From Marsupella aquatica (lineage: Eukaryota; Plantae; Marchantiophyta): 64,000 bases of DNA. The first letter of the stretch is position 1, and each line of letters begins with the position of its first letter. Position numbers and translations under genes: made by a program. The stretch lies in assembly GCA_973895155.1 (NCBI GenBank), contig OZ316892.1:25939233-26003232 (forward strand), in the 5' to 3' direction. A model generated the notes under the pieces. That model did not search any database, had not been told where the DNA came from, and saw only the letters and a list, made by a program, of their open reading frames with translations. Positions 1-13,284 of this stretch are shown here, in pieces.

Positions 1-1059
1 AGAGGAAGTGGCCATTGAAAAATGCCTCACAAACGTTTAGATGACACGTGGCAGCCTAGTATACAAGAACGCCTAGAGCTAGACCACACCACGGAGCGAG
101 GCTACAGAGCAAGGAAAAAAATCTACTATGAGCAAGGCAAAATCAACAGAGCGAGGCAAGAAAATCTACTATGAGCGAGGCAAGAGGGAGGAGGGAAACC
201 AGGGCAACTGGGCAAGAAGACAATGAAGGAGGAGATGGATGCAAGAAGACAATGAGGCAAATGAGGTAATGTCTTTGCCTTTTGCCTTCCTATACCCTCA
301 CTGCCACGGCCGATCCTACGCCATGGCCAATCGTACGCGACCTTACGCAACCCAGCCACTTGCTCCCTTCCACGCGCCTGTGAACTCGCAACCCTCATAA
401 TGACCTAGCTGTACGGGTATCCATAGATTTTGAAAAATGATGCACGGTCGTACGGGTGTCCACAGAATGCCGATCAGAGTAATCAGACTTTCGGCCTCTC
501 GATGTTGTGAACCCCTTCAGGACAAACTTGGCTAAAGCTTGCTCACAAATGGTATAAAGTTCTACAGTTCCAATCATTTCTCTCTTTTGTATGGCGTGTG
601 CGTTTCTGGTCATTGCTCACTCTCGGTCTCGCCCTTCGGCCCTTATCTATCTTGCTTCTGTTCGGTGACTGATTCGACTGACTTGGACATTTATGGTTAC
701 AAGAGTTCGTGCAAGGAAAGTCCTGTTTCAAGTATATTGCATTAGTTTTGGTGTCCTTGGTTGGCGACACGTCTTCTATAGTCCTTAAGAGAGGTATTAC
801 TTCATCTACCATTCTCTTAATTTCTTCTCTATGATATCCACCAAATATTTGGCCCTAGCTTTATCTTAATATATGGACCTAACTAAGCCCTAGATAATGT
901 AGGGTTCCTAACGACACACTCGTCTACCCACACGTCTACACACTTCAATGGTCTAATTCAGCTTAATCATTCCCCTGATTTATTCATTTCCATATTTTCT
1001 CTTTTCCTTCACAATTCTTGCTTCTCCAGGATTGTGCTCGTCTTTTCTTGCTCTCCCCT

Positions 1060-1460
1060 TGCCTCGCTCCAAGAGCGTCATACACTTACCTTTCATCAGG
1101 AGCATCCTACCCTTTCTTTTCTCCAAGGGCATCCGCTCTCCATTGCCTCGCCATCAGAGCGTCCCTCAACCGCCTTGCCCCTAGAGCAACCCTCCATCGC
1201 CTAGCCGCTAGAGTGACCCTCATTCACCTTGCCCCTAGAGCGTCTCTCCATCGCCTCGCCCCTAGAGCGACCCTCATTCACCTCGCCCCTAGAGCGACCC
1301 TCCATCGCCTCGCCTCTAGAGCGACCCTCCATCGCCTCGCCCCTAGAGCAACCCTCCATCGCCTCACCCCTAGAGCGACCCTCCATCGCCTCGCCCCTAG
1401 AGCGTCCCTCAATCGCCTCGCCCCTAGAGCGTCGCAACCTTGCCTCGCTCCAAGAGCGTC
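1060..1460. repeat. 27-bp minisatellite (CCTAGAGCGACCCTCCATCGCCTCGCC-like), about 12-14 copies
   Basis: Directly visible; produces the 9-aa periodic ORFs LAPRATLHR / SPLERPSIA. Confidence 0.9.
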
Positions 1461-1640
1461 CCTGACCTTAGAATCCAGTTGTGTAAAGCCAATACACATA
1501 AACTCCCAAATATGTTTTTCCTTTAAATAGAATTCAAATGTTTAGATCTAATATTGTAATATCTAGAGTAGTGCTTATCAGTATGCACATCAGCTGAACA
1601 ATTTTTAAATGTTTTTGGATGCAGAGATCCTTTTGCTACC

Positions 1641-4600
1641 ATGAGTAAATTTATGCGAGGGGATGAAGTTTCATTGATAATTGATGGTTTTGAAGTGGCA
1701 ATTGGGACCATCCAAAAGGTTGATCCCAAAGACACTATACACAATATTTGTCTTGGGAAAAATCGAATTGGGGTCCTTATCGAGAGGTGTCTTGAAACAT
1801 CTTGTCCACTACCATTTCCATCCAAAACATCATCGAGCCTAGGTGATGCAGTTGACTCATGTATGATCTGGGATTCTTCCTTGGCATATTTGAGGTCTTC
1901 AACATTGCCGAAAAGAACCGCTGTGGATGGTGTTCCTACTCCAGTGGACGGGGATGAAGGATGTTCCGAAATGGATGTTGGTGGTAAAGGAGGCAACCTT
2001 GCTGAAGGAGAGGAGGTTGAGATGTTCATTTTAGATGAACTTGTATCAAAAGGAGTTGTCTTCAATACCAATCCAATGGACACTTGTCATAGTGAACGAC
2101 TCGGTGTTGGCCGTGTCAGTATACAAATATCAGAGGTTGTTCAGGGAAATAGAAAATTACCGTATCCACATCCTGGAGCTGACACAGTGCAAGAGGCAAT
2201 GCAGACTTGGGTAATGTGGGATGTTGCTGATGTTTCAAGAAAAGGCTCTATTCGAGGTTCTGGCATGTTTGTTGGTGCAAACCCGGGTGCAAACCTGTTT
2301 AAGGATCTTCCATTGAAAGATTTTACAATGCGTTCCAACTGGATGGCAGAGGAAGTTGACTTGTATGATGTTTCTCGTTGTCGTAAGGTTGCGACAGGGG
2401 TTATCACAGTTCCTTTTGAAGCAGGTGCTGTTGATGATGAACTTCTTGGTCCAGAGCATGTGGGTGTAGCTGTTGTGAATATCAACGATCCCGCATTATT
2501 TCCAAATATCCGTGCTGGTACTCTAGGTTTGGTGAGGTGGGAAATCAAATCTTTGTTGTTGATTTCATCTCAAATGTTTCTCGGGGATATCCTTGAGAAA
2601 GGTTCACATGTGTGGATAGAATCGGGTCGAAATGAGAGCGACCCGGATTTGGATGGTGATGGGAAACCTCCAAAAAGACCTTATAATTTCATTAGAAGGA
2701 CCAAAGTGGATCTGGAGGAGAAAAAAAAAACATTTGCAATCAAGGGCGCTTTTGAAAATCACCGGGGAGTCCATTGATTCCATCCAAAGAGAAGGTTGTT
2801 GCAGGTTAAAAGTGTTGCTTGAACATGCCAAGAGAGGACTTGGAGGCAATGAGGAGGGAATTTCATGGAATGTCAAGTGACAACAAAACAAGTCATATCT
2901 TCAATCTTTTTGGGTGTAGAGAAGACCAAGTCAAGAGAAAAGGATTTTTTGTTCTAAAGGGACGTGTGGTTTGTAAGGATGCGTTCATAAAAATGCATGG
3001 GTTTAGTACGGCAAAGTATTATGATTACAAAAATCAGTACGAAGCTGGGTGCACAATTGGTTTCCATGGAAATCAAGGGCAACATAAGACACGATCAAGC
3101 ACCTTGCATGCTCGTGCATTGTTGGAGTCCATTTTAATCCAAAATGGAGAACCAATGCCACATCTTCCCTCTGGTGGGTCCAACGGCATCGATACTGTCG
3201 AATATCGACTCCCATCATGTTTCACTAAGAAGGAGATTTTTCAAGAGGTATTTGCAAAGATGGAATTGGACGGCTATGCTAAGGTTACTGAAGTTACCAT
3301 GTACAACATCTGGAAAAATTCTTTTGATAATTTTGACTTTCACAAGGGCAGTGCATTTGCCAAGTGCACATTTTGCACTGAGTTCAAAGATCAATTGATG
3401 CGGGAGAAGAGAAAAAAAGAGCGTGCAGAGATTGAAGAGAAAAGAGCACGACATCTTCGTGAACAAATGTCAAGGAGATATGTTTACTATGCTCATAGGG
3501 TTCTTGCAAAGAAGGATCCTCAAAACTATCTTTGCATTATTCATGATAAGATGGACCAAGCCAAGACTTGGATCCCCAGATTGGTCCCCACTCCAAAATC
3601 TCTCTCTGGTAGTGGTCAACCTCTGCCCATTGCCCTTACTGGGATGTTAACCCATGGAAGGGATCCAGGAGTGTATGCACACTTTAGTTTGACTGGCCTT
3701 TGGCCTGGAGATGCAGACTTCACTGTGACATCTTTGGCCAAATGCCTTCGAGATTTGGAGGATTACACTGGAGACAAAACGGGAGACATGCTTGAAGCTT
3801 TCAATTGGAACGCAACTAGGCCAATATTTCAGTCTCTTTTGGACTTTGAAGCATTTCAAGCGGGTTACTTGGAACCCAAAAATGTTTCAATTCTCAAGTT
3901 TCAAGGCCTTGATGACGGTCAGGAGAGCCAAAAAACCAGCACAACAGATGCTGGTTCTAGAGTTGATCCTGAGACTACGAGCTCTTTCAAGCCCTTACCA
4001 AGGCACCTAACACTGCAGATGGACAATTCAGGAAAAGATAATAAAAATCAATATGTGATGGCATTTTGCAGCGAGCTTGTTAGCAGGGGGGTGTTTGAAA
4101 CTGTGCAAATGTCATTCCTCATGGTTGGCCACACCCATGAGGATGTGGATGCACGATTTTCTCAAGTATCCAAACAGGTCAGGTACAAAGAGGTTGCTAC
4201 CCTCCTTGCGTTGATGGCTGAGGTTTGGGAGTGTGAAAGCATCCATCCCGTACCACGATTGATTTAGGAGGTTGCATCTTACAAGCACTATTTGAAGGCT
4301 TTCCAAGTGAAAGAGATTGAAGGTCACTCAAAACCAGTGGCATTTCTATTCTCCATGAGGGATAATGTGCCAGTGTATCAATATAAAGCACATGTCAAAC
4401 AACCTTGGCTTCCAGCAACAGGGAGGTCAATTTGGAGAACTGATCTCATCACAAACACGCTCATTTTACCGGAGGGCCAACCATTTTCAAAACCTATATC
4501 GGGGGAGGTACAAAAGAAAGCCGAGGAAATCATCCCATTCCTTAATCGTTACATTGATTTCTTGAGGAAAAGTTGCAAGGATGAGACCTCTACAGCATAC

Positions 4601-5377
4601 CGCGAGAGATTTTCTTTGGTGAAATATTGGGAGAGGCTTGTTATGGCACTCTCTGAGGCACTTACAATAGAAGGGGAGGGAGAAAGACAATTGTCATTGA
4701 CAACTGATTTCTGGCCAAAGACTAACCATGGCACAGGTTACAAGGTGATTTTGGGGACCTCTCAACCTTCAAGTGAACCTACTCAAAATTCAGAGATGAT
4801 GGACCTTCAAAATGAGTACATGGAAGAGATGGAAGGTCAAGCTGCACCCTTCGTTGGTGCACGAGAAGAGCGAGAACTTGCACGTTGGATTCCCCTACAA
4901 GATATTCAAGAGGGTCAATTTGTGTTTTTATGTCCAGAGGATGAATGGGAGCAAAAAAATGGCAAAGGGCGTTTCTGGTTAGTTCGAGCTTTGGGTGGTG
5001 TGGATCCAAACCATGAGGTTTCTTCACTAGATTTGCAATTTAGTGAAGGGTCTTCTTCAAGGTTTTCTAAGAGCATTCACCTAAGTAGCATTCCTAAGCG
5101 GTATGCTCCTATGTTCCAAGTGCAATGGTGGAGGCCTAAACATGGTAAGCATGATGCAAAGGATGATGTTCGATACGAACGTTGCTTTCAGACCACTAAG
5201 ACTTGGGAGCTAGATCCTGGGTTTAACACTATCACTCAAAGTTGGCAGTTTGCAAATTCTGCAATGTATGGGTTTAAGTCAGGTGCCAAAGAACAAAATA
5301 TTATGGATAGAGGTTTGACAATTCCCAAGAATGTTTTGAAAACTCTCAAAACTTACATGGAAGGTATTGATGAGTAG
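1641..5377 (+). pseudogene. Disrupted transposase: three TNP1/En-Spm-like domains, Cys motifs, DUF7869/Sola1-like DDD core and a C-terminal domain
   Basis: Motifs IIHDKMDQ, LQMDNSGKDNKN and GHTHEDVD, plus CCRLK-CC and CTFC. The three ORFs join via +1 shifts at A10 (2721-2730) and A4 (2808-2811) and an in-frame TAG at 4265-4267 (PRLI*EVASYKHYLK). Confidence 0.8.
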
Positions 5378-6253
5378 AGTGATAGAGTGGTCACAAGTGT
5401 CCACTATGTAATGACTTGTAGGTAGGAGGGTCAAGTTAATTTCCATGCATTTGTCTAAAGTAAGTGAGAGAACAAGGCTTGCATCAAATACTCTATGATC
5501 TTTCTTAGTTATTGAATGGACTTTTTGATAATTATTGTTATTTTTGTCTTAGTACATATATTTCTAGAAAATGATGGCAGTTCTAAGTTACTTGGATGTC
5601 ATCCTAGTTTGAATATAAGATATTTAACTTGTCTAGCATTTCATTGTTGCTTAGATAATGATCCTATCCAAGCTAGATGTTTTGAGTATAGATGCTATCC
5701 AAGCTTATGTGTTATTACACACGTTCTATCTATTTTCAACCAAATGAACACTTTTTATCACCCAAATGTTTTTTAATATTATCCAAATTAATATTTTCTT
5801 TGCCCAAATGTCTATTTTTTTGCCCCAAATTTATAATTCATGATGCTTAAATTTTCATTTTTCATCCTTCAAATTTACAATTCTTATGCCTAAAAGTGTG
5901 TTTTTAAATGCCCAAATTTCCAAATCTTCTTTATAATTCCACTTTTAATGAATATAGTGATCTAAACCCTGCCAAACCACAGCAGAAGCCAACACTTGCA
6001 CTCTCAGACCTTTGCTGCTCCCCTTTCATACTTGGAGAGTCTTCCCCCGAGTGCCGCCTAGCCAAGCTCCATTGTTGGGTCCCAAATGTAGCACTGGTTG
6101 GAAGTTTTTTCTTGAGGAAAACTGGAGGTGGGACTGACAGGGAGGGTTAACCATTGGGCAAGGAAGCAATTGGGAAGAGTGGCCCGGATTAATGAGATCC
6201 TGACCAGGGTTCAGCAGCATCAATCCTGCCTTGCCACATGTCAGCCAACCAAA

Positions 6254-6493
6254 GGGGGGGGGGGGGGCGCTCTACTTAACTCCCACAGTTTAGTTACACA
6301 CTATACAGAATGGGAGTTACAAAACTAATTTGGAGGACAGGCTACCAATTTCATTAGTTTGGGGACACGTTAGGGGGGGGGGGGGGGACCTCTACTTAAC
6401 TCCCGCAGTTTAGTTACACCCTATACAAAATGGGAGTTACAAAAATAATATGGAGGACAGGCTACCAATTTCATTAATTTGGGGACACGTTAG
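6254..6493. repeat. Two tandem ~120-bp direct repeats, each starting with a poly-G tract
   Basis: G-run + CTCTACTTAACTCCC...GGGGACACGTTAG occurs twice. Confidence 0.9.
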
Positions 6494-7111
6494 TGAAAAA
6501 CGGTAGAGTATTACGGAATTAATATCTAGGCTTTTAAGCCGAGTCTACCGTAATATGAGTGGACGTAGGAGAGGCTACGATGCAGGGGCAGGGAAGATCA
6601 CGGAGGACACAACACGAAAACCTATACACGGTGCTGCAGCGTGCCCTCGCGTTGTTGGCCCCTCTTCCCTCCTCAATTTTTGGGAGCGCTCGTTCGATTT
6701 GTTCCCAACTACAGTTGCAGGTCGAAGCTTTACATCGAAGCATTTTGGTCGAAGCATTGTATCGAAGCATTTTGGTCGAAGCATTTGGAAGAAGCTCAAC
6801 ATCGACACTCCTCCTGGATCAAATTCTTTCTCGCAATTTCTGTAGGTTGAATGATCTTCTGAAAGCTCCGCAAGACGAAGTGGGCTCGTTTTCGCTCACA
6901 ATTAGGTTCTTGTGAAAAGTCCCGCGCAGAAATCTTAGGTTTTTGTAGAAACGTTCTGCCAGTGCAACGATTTGTCCCTGCGGAAAAGGGCCCTCCGGAC
7001 GCGGACGACGGACAACGTCAATTTGGTCGGTAGAGCCCTCACTTTACTGGGGAATTCTGTTACTCTCGCAGTCAGGGCGCGGAGGGTTGGTGTAGGGTTG
7101 ATGTTTCAAAG

Positions 7112-9076
7112 ATGTTGAACAGGGTGGCAAAGAAGGTGTTACCGAATTTGTATGCCTCGGTCGTCAACAGCAACGGAATAGGGTTGGGAGGAGGCGTTTC
7201 CCGATCGTATCATGCAGCCAGATATGGGTCTCGTATCCTCTCAAAGGAGGCCCCTTCAGGGACCACCCTAGGCGAGGCCGGGGCCCCTGCATCGTATCCC
7301 ATCGTTGATCATACTTACGATGCGGTAGTGGTCGGAGCTGGAGGAGCTGGGCTGAGAGCTGCTATTGGTCTTTCAGAATATGGCTTTAACACGGCCTGCA
7401 TCACTAAACTCTTTCCAACTCGGTCTCATACAGTTGCCGCACAGGGTGGAATCAACGCTGCTCTGGGCAACATGTCGGAGGACGATTGGAGGTGGCATAT
7501 GTATGATACAGTGAAAGGGAGTGACTGGCTTGGGGATCAAGATGCAATCCAGTACATGTGCAGAGAAGCTCCGAAGGCTGTGATCGAGCTAGAAAATTAT
7601 GGCCTTCCCTTCTCCCGAACCGAAGAAGGGAAGATCTACCAGCGTGCATTTGGGGGGCAGAGCTTGAATTTTGGAAAAGGTGGCCAGGCTTACCGTTGTG
7701 CATGTGCAGCTGATCGGACTGGGCATGCATTACTCCACACTCTATATGGACAGGCCATGAAACACAACACCCAGTTTTTCGTGGAGTATCTAGCTCTTGA
7801 TCTGATTATGGATGACGATGGTGCATGTAGAGGGGTGCTTGCATTGAATATGGAGGATGGAACACTCCATCGATTTAGATCACATTCCACCATTCTGGCC
7901 ACTGGAGGGTACGGGAGGGCTTATTTTTCGGCTACATCAGCACACACCTGCACAGGGGATGGTAATGCAATGGCAGCCCGTGCTGGAATACCGTTGGAGG
8001 ACTTGGAGTTTGTGCAGTTTCATCCCACCGGTATCTATGGTTCTGGTTGTTTAATTACTGAGGGTTCCAGAGGGGAAGGTGGGATTCTACGGAACAGTGA
8101 AGGGGAGAGGTTCATGGAGAGATATGCACCAACAGCCAAAGATCTAGCATCGAGAGATGTGGTGTCACGATCCATGACTATGGAAATACGTGAAGGCCGA
8201 GGTGTGGGAACATTAAAAGACCATATTTATCTACACTTGAATCATTTGCCTCCTGAAGTCCTGAAAGAGCGATTGCCAGGAATCTCGGAGACAGCTGCAA
8301 TTTTTGCTGGCGTTGATGTTACAAAGGAACCAATTCCTGTGCTACCGACTGTTCATTATAACATGGGTGGTATTCCCACTAACTACCATGGAGAAGTGGT
8401 GACTATCAAAGATGGTGATCCAGATTGCGTTGTTCCTGGTTTGATGGCCGCAGGTGAGGCTGCATGTGCATCAGTGCATGGTGCTAACAGACTTGGGGCT
8501 AACTCTCTTTTGGACATTGTTATTTTTGGCCGGGCATGTGCTAATAGGGTGAATGAGGTTTACAAGCCAGGACAATCCCACAAGCCTTTGCCACCGAATG
8601 CTGGAGAGAAGACAATCTCTTGGTTGGACTCCCTAAGGTATGCCAATGGGGATCTTTTGACATCGGAAGTTCGTAACGAATTGCAGCGAACGATGCAGAA
8701 TAATGCTGCAGTATTTCGCACTCAGGAGACTTTGGAAGAGGGATGCAAGCTCATTGACGAAACCTGGAAAAAATTTGGACGTGTGAAAGTCCAGGACAGA
8801 AGCCTTATATGGAATACAGATTTGACAGAAACCATTGAACTCGAAAACCTTATGATAAATGCCGTGATAACAATGCACTCAGCTGAGGCACGGAAGGAGA
8901 GTCGAGGGGCACACGCAAGAGAAGACTTCAAAACACGTGATGATGTAAACTGGATGAAGCACACTTGTGGATTCTGGGAGGAGGATGGGAAAGTGCGACT
9001 GGATTATCGTCCAGTGCATATGAACACACTTGACGATGAGGTTGAGTCTTTCCCTCCCAAGGCTCGAGTGTACTGA
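7112..9076 (+). CDS. SDH1: Mitochondrial succinate dehydrogenase flavoprotein subunit, intronless CDS
   Basis: 654-aa ORF with GAGGAG FAD-binding motif, [10 protein letters not shown] (covalent FAD His), [26 protein letters not shown]-terminal PPKARVY and an N-terminal transit-like peptide. Confidence 0.98.
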   Translation: MLNRVAKKVLPNLYASVVNSNGIGLGGGVSRSYHAARYGSRILSKEAPSGTTLGEAGAPASYPIVDHTYDAVVVGAGGAGLRAAIGLSEYGFNTACITKLFPTRSHTVAAQGGINAALGNMSEDDWRWHMYDTVKGSDWLGDQDAIQYMCREAPKAVIELENYGLPFSRTEEGKIYQRAFGGQSLNFGKGGQAYRCACAADRTGHALLHTLYGQAMKHNTQFFVEYLALDLIMDDDGACRGVLALNMEDGTLHRFRSHSTILATGGYGRAYFSATSAHTCTGDGNAMAARAGIPLEDLEFVQFHPTGIYGSGCLITEGSRGEGGILRNSEGERFMERYAPTAKDLASRDVVSRSMTMEIREGRGVGTLKDHIYLHLNHLPPEVLKERLPGISETAAIFAGVDVTKEPIPVLPTVHYNMGGIPTNYHGEVVTIKDGDPDCVVPGLMAAGEAACASVHGANRLGANSLLDIVIFGRACANRVNEVYKPGQSHKPLPPNAGEKTISWLDSLRYANGDLLTSEVRNELQRTMQNNAAVFRTQETLEEGCKLIDETWKKFGRVKVQDRSLIWNTDLTETIELENLMINAVITMHSAEARKESRGAHAREDFKTRDDVNWMKHTCGFWEEDGKVRLDYRPVHMNTLDDEVESFPPKARVY

Positions 9077-10341
9077 AATTGCCACGAAATGCACTTGTGC
9101 TCTTTGTTACATAATTTTGGCAAAATAATTCTTGTCATAGGCCTAAGGTTTTAGAGAAGATCTGTATATAGCACAGAGGACTCACAAGTTATGAGCTCGC
9201 TTTTTGTTTACCGGACTACTACTTTCTCTATAGACTGCCCTCTGGCCATGAAGTAAGCTCTGTCCCTCGCCCCTTATTGGCGAGCAGTGGACTTAAGAAG
9301 TATACCTTACTAAGGTTGGAGTTTGATCTTGTGGGATCTACATTGGAGGCAAAGTATTTGTGAAACAAGCGGTGTTACCGGCTTAACAGCATCAAACTTT
9401 GACGGATCAAATAAATACTCAATATACAGTATTTTGAACTACATGTTTTCTGTTCCGAGCTTTATTCAATGTAGTAGTTTCTGTTCTATGGAATTTTTTT
9501 ATGGAAAGATAAACTGTGGAAAGGAAACGTTTTGACGAAAGACTCAAAACACTGTTGCAAAGTAAAGTCTGGGGAGATTGTTTAATCCCTTCGTAAAAGA
9601 GAAGTTCATCAAGCTACTAGCAGATCCCACTGTCCTGACTCGCACACTCTGGGGGGATACCTGATTGATTGATGCTATGACAAATACAACTGAGATATTT
9701 AGATTGGTTTCTACTGTACATGGCTGACTCATTTACAAATTGTAGAGGTTCTGAATAATTAGTGCGAACTTCTATATCACGGAATTTCGAAGCTCAGCCT
9801 TGTGTTTAAAACAGCAGCACCATAGTACACGACGCAGTACTTGTCAACCTTCAAGTTCGTAGGTGTTCAACAAGAGAAAGATTGAGATTCTTGTTAACGA
9901 TGGTCGGTTGTTTACTTTCTTGCTGGGTTTCCGTTGATGGGTTGTTTACTTTCTTGCTGGTTTATGTTTCCATTACTTCCAGCTCTCCATCAAATATGTT
10001 TTAACAAAACACAGAACCCAATCCCGAGATAATCGTGGTTTGCATTCGGGAACAGTCTCTGGGGATGACAGAACCTGCAACACCATGATCTGGTTTCCAT
10101 AGAATTCTGATGACAGAACCTGCGACACCATGATCTGGTTTTCATAGTATTCTGAGAGTGCAGAACGTTGTGCATATTCTTAGTTGATCTTGCAGAAAGG
10201 AGTAAGTAGGCTCAAGTTGGTCGTTTGGTTTCAGAAGTTTGTTTGCATCATACCATCATTTTGTTTCAGTGAAGTTGTGGATCTGACCGGGTCACCTTTG
10301 AAGAAACTGTTCTAGAGAAATCGGCAATCCCTAAAAAAATT

Positions 10342-10665
10342 GGTGGGTCTCATTCGTATAGGGAATTGCTTTCTTGTCTCTTTTCTCTCTGATATCTTGA
10401 GAGGAATTCTATTTACCCAGTCAGTGATAATATTAAAAGACATAGAGAGGTTCAGACTAGGCAAAACTATTGATCCAAGGCAGTCCCTAGTATATTGAAA
10501 ACAAATTTGGTGGGGCTCATTGGTATAGGGAATTGTTTTCTTCTCTCTTTTCTCTCTGATATCTTGACAGGAATCCCATTTACCAGTCAGTGATAATAAT
10601 AGAAGAGATGGAGAGGTTCAGACTAGGCTAACTATTGATCCAAGGCAGTCCCTAGTGTATTGGAA
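10342..10665. repeat. Tandem duplication, ~167 bp x2
   Basis: GGTGGG(T/G)CTCATT...GGCAGTCCCTAGT(A/G)TATTG repeated. Confidence 0.8.
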
Positions 10666-13169
10666 CCTGCTGTTGCCTTATGGGTCCAAGTGCAGCCTGG
10701 CCCCATGCCCAACATCACTTTCAATCTTACACTGCCACTTCCATTTCTTCACATTCGCCCTCCTCCTATAGCTCCCTCCCCCACCTCCCTTTTCGGAATG
10801 TTATGCATGGTTTCTACATTTTTGCACCAGACAAAACGTAAACCTTTAGCAATAGCATTATTGGTTAACAAGTTCACTATACTGCATAGAAAGTTACTTT
10901 TTAAGTCTTTTGCAGATACTGATTGTAGGATTTGCAACAAATTCGGTTGCGTTCAGCAACCCTGAGCATATGACTACGAAATCATACTCTTTCTCCACTA
11001 GAAGGTCCGCCTTACCATCTACAAATCTCATTGAGCAGATCGATTGCAGTCTAGATGCACGGTACGCTGTTCAGAAGGAAGGAGTATGGGCAGATCACTC
11101 AGTGTCGTTTGTAGTTAAAATGCGTAAGAGGAAAAGCTTACACAAGGGGTCTTCCAAAGAAGGTAATGCACCAAACTCATTTGCAGTCAACGGTCGAAAT
11201 TTCTCTTCAAGACCTGTTGAGGGGAAGCTGTACTTCATGTGAAATATCTGGGCAATCGAAGTTTGTGAACAACTGTGTTCTAGTAGTACCCAAAAAGCAT
11301 TCTGCCGGATCTACAGTAAGTTTCCTCCAGTGTGGAACGAATGCCTCCTCGTCTACTTGGACCACAGTCGTTCAGCGTGTTTGGTTGAATCTGACATGTC
11401 TCCACCCTGAGAAACTCCTTCCGTGGCATTGGAAAAGTGTCATTTGAATTGAATGTTCTAACTGAGAGAATCTGTGCACCTATGCAAGAAGGTCATGGAA
11501 AGCCCGGAAAACCTGGGAAACCTCAACCGATTGGGCAGCAGCATCCTGAACCATCTGACTTAAAGAGTCGTTTTCGTCCTTTCTGTTGTACACACCCATA
11601 ATGACATCGAGAATTTGTGTTCCCGCATTTTTTGGTCGGTGTTGATTTCCTCATTGCAAACTTTTAGGGTCTACTTAAATTCCATTTATGCTTCATGGAT
11701 TTTATTATCTATTGGCCGGATGCCCGTGAGTACCAATGAATCAATGAGAGAGTATGATATTGATGATTGAGAAGTACTTTCCAAGAAGTCGGGGGCACTT
11801 GGGAGGTTTTTACACCAAAGCAAACTGGAGGGCCAGTGCGCACACTAAATATAGTGTACCAGGGCTAAAAGCATTTTTTGAATCTTTTTATTGGCCCCAA
11901 GGTCTTGTAAAGCCAAGTGAAGCCAGTTGGTGCCAAATCAATTTACTAAAAGACATATTGAGTACCCACTCCACCTCAATGTCACTTAGTCTTTGACTAA
12001 AGCCTTTCTAGATGTGAGAAGAGAAGATCTTATGAAGAACTTGTGAGTCCCCTTTTAATGCAAATGATTTAAAATAGAAATGGACCAAGAGGCCAAAAGA
12101 AGAGACCTGACTACCTGAGGTGGTCTAAAATCTAGAACAAAAGAGTGCTCCACATAAGCAAAAATTGGGCCCCACTACATTCTATGTAGGATTGGTAACA
12201 GGTTCAGTTGAAAGCGCCCCCAATGTTTTGTAAAGTGAGCAGCAGTTTCTCCCAAATGGATGGCTCTGATCAGATCTTGGAGACCAAACAAAAGTGGAAA
12301 CTGCCCCCAATCTCTTGTAACGCCACCCTGAGAAGAGACAAAGTTGTACAAGAGAAACAAGAAAATACATGTGATGCAAGATAATTGTTAAGACATGTTA
12401 TGAGTAGTTCTAATCATTTAGTCCTCATGGTCATGCCATACTTGTTGCCATGAGATTGTTGTGCCTGTGTGGTCATTGTGGCCATGGTGTCGAGCCAAGG
12501 CAAAGAAATATAGGTGAAGCAAAGGAAATTGTTGAGGCATCTTGTCCTTGGTGTTGCCATGTAGTGTTGTTATGACCATGCAATCAATGTGTATGTTACA
12601 CAATTGCTGTTGGGTAATCTAATTCAAACTCCCCATCCCCTCCCATTTCTTATTGCACAAAAATGTCAAGGTGAAGAAAAGAATTGCAACTGAGACCACA
12701 AGCGTTCTTATTGTTCTGACTAGTCAGATCATCTTCTCAATCACTTTCATGGGTGCAAAATTTATGTTGGGTGATTGTGGTTGCAATTTTGGTCAGTGAT
12801 CATTTTTGTAAGTGCTGTTTTCTTTGTGTGTTTGGGGGGGCGCAAATGTGAGGGCATCAGGACACGAGGTGGTGGGCACTGCCTTGCAAAATCCAAGCTC
12901 AATCGTGTGATTGGAGGGAGAATTTGTTGTCTTTTGTTTTTATGTAATTCAATAAATATATTATCTAATATCTATATTCAAAAATATTATTGATTTTTAA
13001 TAAATTATATTTTTGTCACGGGCAGGTGCAGACAGGCTCAGGCAGACAGTTGAGATAGAATGGTTGTATGGATGGATTTGGCTGTGATATAAAAGAAATG
13101 GGGCCAGTTCTTGGTTCCGGCCTGTTTCTCATCGAATCTGTAAATGGATGAAAGAAAAGAGAGATACTA

Positions 13170-13284
13170 GATGGACCCCTAAAATGAGAAGTGTTACTTA
13201 ATGGACTGTTGATTTAAGGTCTATCAAGGGTATCAATCACTCATGGGGTCCATCAAGTAAAACTTTTCATTTTGGGGATCCATC
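13170..13284. repeat. Inverted repeat/hairpin with ~37-bp arms (MITE-like or hairpin RNA)
   Basis: Left arm GATGGACCCCTAAAATGAGAAGTGTTACTTAATGGAC; reverse complement of right arm GATGGATCCCCAAAATGAAAAGTTTTACTTGATGGAC. Confidence 0.7.

Larger units (their letters stand above)
1..6506 (+). mobile_element. Probable DNA transposon (Sola1/DUF7869-like transposase); left end probably outside the window, right end approximate
   Basis: Contains a disrupted DDD-type transposase (1641-5377) and internal tandem repeats. A GACACGTGGCAG motif near position 43 recurs inverted near 6230. Subterminal ~120-bp repeats end near 6493-6506. TIR and TSD cannot be verified. Confidence 0.55.

Noticed and set aside
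1018-1530. 170-aa LAPRATLHR-repeat ORF and overlapping ORFs
   Set aside because: By-product of the 27-bp minisatellite; open in several frames on both strands.
10419-10460. snoRNA-like AGTC-GTGATAA...CAGA-CT in the 167-bp duplication
   Set aside because: Too short (~40 nt) and has no recognisable rRNA guide.
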